From NCBI GenBank assembly GCA_964568715.1, contig CAZMQU010000001.1:143287-207286 (forward strand): a stretch of 64,000 bases of DNA. Reading direction: 5' to 3'. Every line of letters starts with the position of its first letter. Within the stretch, counting starts at the first letter, position 1. The notes beneath the pieces were generated by a model. It worked only from the letters and a program-made list of their open reading frames with translations, searched no databases and was not told where the DNA came from. The stretch comes from an uncultured Halanaerobiales bacterium (GTDB lineage Bacteria > Bacillota > Halanaerobiia > B1SED10-174). Below, one piece after another: positions 59,609-64,000 of this stretch. A program made the position numbers and the translations under genes.

Positions 59609-60847
59609 TCAACAAGAACTTTGACCGGCAAGAAAGCCCGTCGAAAAAGCGATTTGCAAATTATAACCGCCGGTTGGCCCGTGTACATCCAATATTTCCC
59701 CGGCAAAATACAAGCCCCGGACTATTTTTGATTCCATTGTATTTGGTCTAATTTCCGCTACATTTACACCACCCGCGGTTATGATGGCTTCGTCTTTTGA
59801 ACCGATAGCCGCTATATGCAAGGAAAAACTTTTCAAAATATCTGACAGGCTATTTCGCTCCATTCGAGTAATTTGATGAACTCTCTTTTGCGGGTCAATC
59901 TGAGAGAGTCTTATAATAACGGGGATTAGCTTTTGGGGCAAAAGGTCATTGAGAGCATTGCAATAATATTTATTGGTAAACTTCTTGAAATCCCTTTGGA
60001 GGCGCAAATCCAGTTTATCTTGGGACAAAGCCGGTTTCAAATCTATTGTTAAAGTATATTGATTTTTAACCGGATCCTCTAAATAGGAACTGGCGGAAAG
60101 TATTATCGGTCCACTGACACCACGAGCGGTAAATATCATATCGCCAAAATCACTATATATTTGCTTATTATCTTTTTGGCTTATTTTTATAGCTACATTC
60201 TTTAAACTCAAACCTTCCAGTTCAGATATCCATCTTTCCTTGCATTCAAGTGGAACCAAGGCAGGTTTTAAGTTGGTAACCCTATGGCCCAATCTTTTAG
60301 CCAAGTGGTGGCCGTCCCCTGTCGAGCCGGTTTGGGGATAAGTTATACCACCGGTAGCCAAAATGATCTTTTCACTTTTAAGCAAGCGACCATCGCTTAA
60401 CCTTAAGCCCGATATTTTACCATCTACGTGGATAATTTCCTTTGCTCTGCCGGTTACCCTTGCCACATTGCCCCGCGAAATATATCTACGCAAAGCATCC
60501 ACAATATCCTTCGATCTGTCGCTGGCCGGGAAAACCCGCCCTCCCCTTTCCACTTTCAGTTTTACCCCCAAAGTTTCAAAGAATTCAATAAGGGCTGTAT
60601 TGGGGAATGCAGCGAAAGCACTGTATAAAAATTTTTTGTTCCTGACGATATTTTCAATTAAGTCGGAAATAGGGGCGCTATTAGTCAAATTGCAACGGCC
60701 TTTACCGGTAATCAACAGCTTCTTACCCAATATTTTATTCTTTTCGACAAGAAATGTTTTTTGCCCATTTGCTCCCGCAACCCCTGCTGCAATCATTCCG
60801 GCTGGGCCACCGCCAACTACAATTAGGTCACTCTTCAATTTATTCAC
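59609..60847 (-). CDS. HI0933-like NAD(P)/FAD-dependent flavoprotein (aminoacetone oxidase family, YhiN-like)
   Basis: DLIVVGGGPAGMIAA FAD-binding fold; 412 aa with family-typical ...GKGRCNLTN... motif. Confidence 0.8.
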   Translation of the reverse strand: MNKLKSDLIVVGGGPAGMIAAGVAGANGQKTFLVEKNKILGKKLLITGKGRCNLTNSAPISDLIENIVRNKKFLYSAFAAFPNTALIEFFETLGVKLKVERGGRVFPASDRSKDIVDALRRYISRGNVARVTGRAKEIIHVDGKISGLRLSDGRLLKSEKIILATGGITYPQTGSTGDGHHLAKRLGHRVTNLKPALVPLECKERWISELEGLSLKNVAIKISQKDNKQIYSDFGDMIFTARGVSGPIILSASSYLEDPVKNQYTLTIDLKPALSQDKLDLRLQRDFKKFTNKYYCNALNDLLPQKLIPVIIRLSQIDPQKRVHQITRMERNSLSDILKSFSLHIAAIGSKDEAIITAGGVNVAEIRPNTMESKIVRGLYFAGEILDVHGPTGGYNLQIAFSTGFLAGQSSC

Positions 60848-61002
60848 CTACTTCCGGATTCCTTGCAAACAACATTGCCGATAGAAATATCTTGCCCAAA
60901 AGCATATTTTACTTTAATTTCATAGATATTATTTTTCTTAAACAAATTCCTATTTAATTTGGAACCAAAGCCAATCATCAATATTCTGCTTTTAATCGCT
61001 TT

Positions 61003-61926
61003 TTATAGCTGTAACAACAAGGGCACAAGGAGCGGCACCAAAATAGATAGAAACAAGCCGCTTACGAAGGCGGGTAAAATCATTTCATCACCGGCGGCTT
61101 TTTTAACCAGGGGCAGGGTGGTATCCATTGCAGTTGCACCACCGGGTGCAATTGCAGCAATTTTGCCTAGCCAGCGAGCAATAAGCGGCAAAGCTAAAAA
61201 AGTAAAAAGTTCGCGGATTAAATTTGCCAAAAAGCTAAGGGTCCCCAATTCAACGCTGTGCATGTTTGTCGTGATAATCCCGGCCAAGCTGTACCAGCCA
61301 AACCCCGCCCCTACGGCAGCTGCTTCATTACAGCTCATATTCCAAAAGAAACCTACCGTCATGGCACCGGCAATGCTTCCCACTCCAATCAAAACCGGAT
61401 ACACAACCAGGCGCCAACCGTAAGAAATGCCTTCTTTTAATAAAGAAAGATTCCTGCCCAAACTCAAACCGATAGAAAAGAGAAGCAAGCCTTCAGCTAT
61501 TGCCACTACCAAAGGGCTATATTTTAATAAAGGCCATGACTTAAAACAACAGCCAACGGCAAAACCCAACAGCAAAACGGCAAGCAAAATCAATGTAAAT
61601 ATGCCACTGCCGTGAACGCTGTCCACATCGTAAGTTTTCTTGGCTTTCTTCCCTTTCGTTTTTAAGGATGGGCTTAAAAGCTGTATAAACAAAAGGCTGC
61701 CGAAGATACTGCCCAATGCCAGAGTCAAAGCTTGCACTCCCATCGGCAACAAATGAGCCAGCAAACCTTCGTCCGTAGCAATCGTCGTTCCCATAGCAGT
61801 GATAAGGGTCAAGAGACAGATATTTAAAACAATATCCACCCCTTTGAAAAATTTCGAAGGAAAACGGTAAGCAAGGGTAATAATAAATCCGGCGATAAAA
61901 GCTATTAAAATAATAGGAATGCCCAT
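61003..61926 (-). CDS. lysO: LysO-family (DUF340, YbjE-like) lysine exporter membrane protein
   Basis: 307 aa polytopic membrane protein with the two-repeat DUF340 architecture. Confidence 0.6.
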   Translation of the reverse strand: MGIPIILIAFIAGFIITLAYRFPSKFFKGVDIVLNICLLTLITAMGTTIATDEGLLAHLLPMGVQALTLALGSIFGSLLFIQLLSPSLKTKGKKAKKTYDVDSVHGSGIFTLILLAVLLLGFAVGCCFKSWPLLKYSPLVVAIAEGLLLFSIGLSLGRNLSLLKEGISYGWRLVVYPVLIGVGSIAGAMTVGFFWNMSCNEAAAVGAGFGWYSLAGIITTNMHSVELGTLSFLANLIRELFTFLALPLIARWLGKIAAIAPGGATAMDTTLPLVKKAAGDEMILPAFVSGLFLSILVPLLVPLLLQL

Positions 61927-61991
61927 AAATCAGCCTCCCGGCAGAAATTAATTTATTTAACCAAGTAAATTATTATTTAGCTATGGGTACT

Positions 61992-62019
61992 GGAAAGACC
62001 GATATATATCGGTCTTTCC
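61992..62019. repeat. Perfect 28-nt palindrome in the 5' region of the lysO-like gene
   Basis: GGAAAGACCGATAT|ATATCGGTCTTTCC perfect dyad, immediately downstream of a TATAAT-like -10 on the minus strand. Confidence 0.6.
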
Positions 62020-62092
62020 AATTATACTAACCAATTGCTAATTTTTTAAAAATTACCGCCAATACAATTTAAATAAACCTTTATTGGAGTAC

Positions 62093-63319
62093 TTATTTCT
62101 TCGTTAATTCATAGGTCCGTTCGACAATGGTCTGCGGGTTGACTTTTATTCGGGCAACTCCTGTTTCCATAGCCGCCTTGGCCACTGCTCCTGCAACGGT
62201 CGGTGCTACACGCGGATCAAAGGGACTGGGAATAATTTTATCCACTGATAACTCGTCTACGATTAGATCGGCCATAGCACGGGCTGCCGCAATCTTCATT
62301 TCTTCATTAATATCTTTAGCCCTTACGTCCAAAGCACCGCGGAAGACCCCGGGGAAAGCAAGAACATTGTTCAGTTGATTGGGGAAATCGCTACGACCGG
62401 TGCCAACTATGATGGCGCCGGCATCAAAAGCATCCTGAGGCATGATCTCGGGTATGGGATTAGCCATGGCAAAGATAATAGGATCTTTCTTCATCTTTCG
62501 GACGTCATCACCATCTATCAAATTACCCTTGGATAACCCTATAAAAACATCGGCATCGTGGAGTGCATCGCTGACCGAACCCTTAATATTGTCTTTATTG
62601 GTCAATTCAGCCAATTCTTCTTTTACAGGCGTCATACGTTCCGAACGACCCCGCCATATAATACCTGTCGAATCACAAATTATCGCATCCTTGACGCCGG
62701 CATTCAACAAGAGCTTTAAAGTTGCCACGGAAGCTGCCCCTGCACCGCTCATGACAATTTTAATCTCATCAATTTTTTTGTTGGTTACTTTCAGGGCATT
62801 AAACAATGCTGCCATCGTCACTATAGCAGTCCCATGCTGATCATCATGGAAAATAGCCATGTTTGTTTCTTTCTTAAGTCTATTTTCAATTTCAAAACAA
62901 TCCGGTGCCGCTATATCCTCGAGATTTATGCCCGAAAACGTTGGTTCCAATAATTTGACAAATTCCACAATTTCATCAATATTTTTGCTGTTAATACACA
63001 AAGGAAAAGCATCCACACCGGCAAATTCTTTAAACAGTACGCACTTTCCCTCCATTACGGGTAAAGCAGCCAAAGGGCCAATATCACCGAGGCCTAATAC
63101 GGCCGTTCCGTTGGAAACGATGGCAATCAAATTGCCCTTCGATGTATATTCGTAACTTTTTGCCGGATCTTTTTCAATCTCCAAACATGGCTCTGCAACA
63201 CCGGGCGAATAAGCCAAAGCCAAGTCTTCTTGTGTCTCGACCCTTACTTTGCTTTCGACTTTAAGCTTACCTTCCAGTTCCCTGTGCATCTGAAGTGCTT
63301 TTTCTCTTAAATTTTCCAT
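62093..63319 (-). CDS. NAD(P)-dependent malic enzyme (short form)
   Basis: ...DLALAYSPGVAEPC..., NGTAVLGLGDIGP, GAGAAS Rossmann motif. Confidence 0.9.
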   Translation of the reverse strand: MENLREKALQMHRELEGKLKVESKVRVETQEDLALAYSPGVAEPCLEIEKDPAKSYEYTSKGNLIAIVSNGTAVLGLGDIGPLAALPVMEGKCVLFKEFAGVDAFPLCINSKNIDEIVEFVKLLEPTFSGINLEDIAAPDCFEIENRLKKETNMAIFHDDQHGTAIVTMAALFNALKVTNKKIDEIKIVMSGAGAASVATLKLLLNAGVKDAIICDSTGIIWRGRSERMTPVKEELAELTNKDNIKGSVSDALHDADVFIGLSKGNLIDGDDVRKMKKDPIIFAMANPIPEIMPQDAFDAGAIIVGTGRSDFPNQLNNVLAFPGVFRGALDVRAKDINEEMKIAAARAMADLIVDELSVDKIIPSPFDPRVAPTVAGAVAKAAMETGVARIKVNPQTIVERTYELTKK

Positions 63320-63331
63320 GGAATTGCTCCT

Positions 63332-63880
63332 TTACTTTGTTTTATAAGACCTGACACCTTCCGTATACAGATCGCCTTCGAAAGCATCGTATATAACCAG
63401 CAGGGGCATATTTTCCACTTTGAGCTTCCTAATGGCTTCCGGTCCTAATTCGGGATAGGCGATGATCTCAACCTCTTTTATTGTTTGGGCCAATAAAGCG
63501 CCGGCCCCCCCTGTTGCAGCAAAATATATACCTTTATGCTCTTGTAAAGCTTGACGGACTTCCGGAGAGCGGGCCCCTTTGCCGATAAAACCCTTGATGC
63601 CTTTTTCCAGTAAAAAAGGTGTATAGGGATCCATGCGCATGCTGGTTGTCGGACCGGCAGAACCTATTAGCTTCCCCGGCGGCGCAGGTGTAGGCCCCAC
63701 ATAAAACAATACACTACCTTCCAATGGGAAGGGCGGTTTTTCATTTTTCTCCAAAAGGGCAAACAATTTTTTATGAGCAGCATCACGGGCGGTGTAGATA
63801 TAACCGGAAAGCATCACCCGGTCTCCTGCTTTCAATGTCATTACGACATCTTCCATGAGCGGTGTTTCGATATACTTCAC
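63332..63880 (-). CDS. Class I Fe-S fumarate hydratase / L(+)-tartrate dehydratase family, beta subunit
   Basis: LKAGDRVMLSGYIYTARDAAHKKL... typical FumA/TtdB C-terminal domain protein; GTG start. Confidence 0.85.
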   Translation of the reverse strand: MKYIETPLMEDVVMTLKAGDRVMLSGYIYTARDAAHKKLFALLEKNEKPPFPLEGSVLFYVGPTPAPPGKLIGSAGPTTSMRMDPYTPFLLEKGIKGFIGKGARSPEVRQALQEHKGIYFAATGGAGALLAQTIKEVEIIAYPELGPEAIRKLKVENMPLLVIYDAFEGDLYTEGVRSYKTK

Positions 63881-63891
63881 ATCTATCCCCC

Positions 63892-64000
63892 CTAAAATAC
63901 CAATTCGCTGTGGCGAGAAGCATGGCAGTTCAGATTAACCGCCACCGGCAAAGAGGCAATATGGCATGGATAAGTGGAAACATGAACCCGTAAAGCAGTA
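63892..64000 (-). CDS. Class I fumarate hydratase alpha subunit (C-terminal end, partial)
   Basis: Reverse-frame translation ...PVAVNLNCHASRHSELVF* ends 11 nt upstream of the beta subunit start. Confidence 0.6.
   Translation of the reverse strand, partial: TALRVHVSTYPCHIASLPVAVNLNCHASRHSELVF

Noticed and set aside
1-64000. CRISPR arrays, rRNA/tRNA genes, transposases/integrases
   Set aside because: No short direct-repeat/spacer arrays, no tRNA-like cloverleaf candidates in intergenic regions, and no transposase or integrase-like ORFs were seen.

Overview
The window is a chromosomal segment from a spore-forming Firmicute, probably class Clostridia; no tools were run and GC content was not computed. 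Coding density is high and most genes lie on the minus strand. Coordinates ~1-36 kb and ~54-64 kb hold conserved core genes in an order resembling Bacillus/Clostridium. These include the M42 peptidase and hup-spoIVA-gpsA-der-DUF512-YIEGIA-spoIIP. They also include ispH/rpsA-plsC-cmk-rnc, the plsX-fabH-fabD-fabG-acpP-fabF operon and rpmF-yceD-ackA-pta. A ylb-like block follows (tmcAL, ylbJ, coaD, rsmD), then recG-degV-fakA-asp23, rpmB and thrS with a T-box leader. At the 3' end are spoVAC-AD-AEb, glnS, murB, malic enzyme and class I fumarase. The middle stretch, ~36-54 kb, looks accessory. It carries an orphan B12/PLP lysine 5,6-aminomutase pair (kamD/kamE) with an uncharacterised P-loop NTPase. 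It also carries mpg-pcp-ggt, a truncated metG N-terminal remnant behind a degenerate T-box-like leader, and a NapH-like polyferredoxin with a TlpA-like thioredoxin beside MsrAB. It also carries CotF-like spore coat proteins, an LTxxQ (Spy/CpxP) protein, an unknown 344-aa protein with an XRE-cupin regulator, and several conspicuous palindromes. The first full gene encodes a signal-peptide beta-barrel (FadL-like, C-terminal Phe), which hints at a diderm, outer-membrane-bearing, sporulating lineage. No rRNA or tRNA genes, CRISPR arrays or mobile elements were seen.
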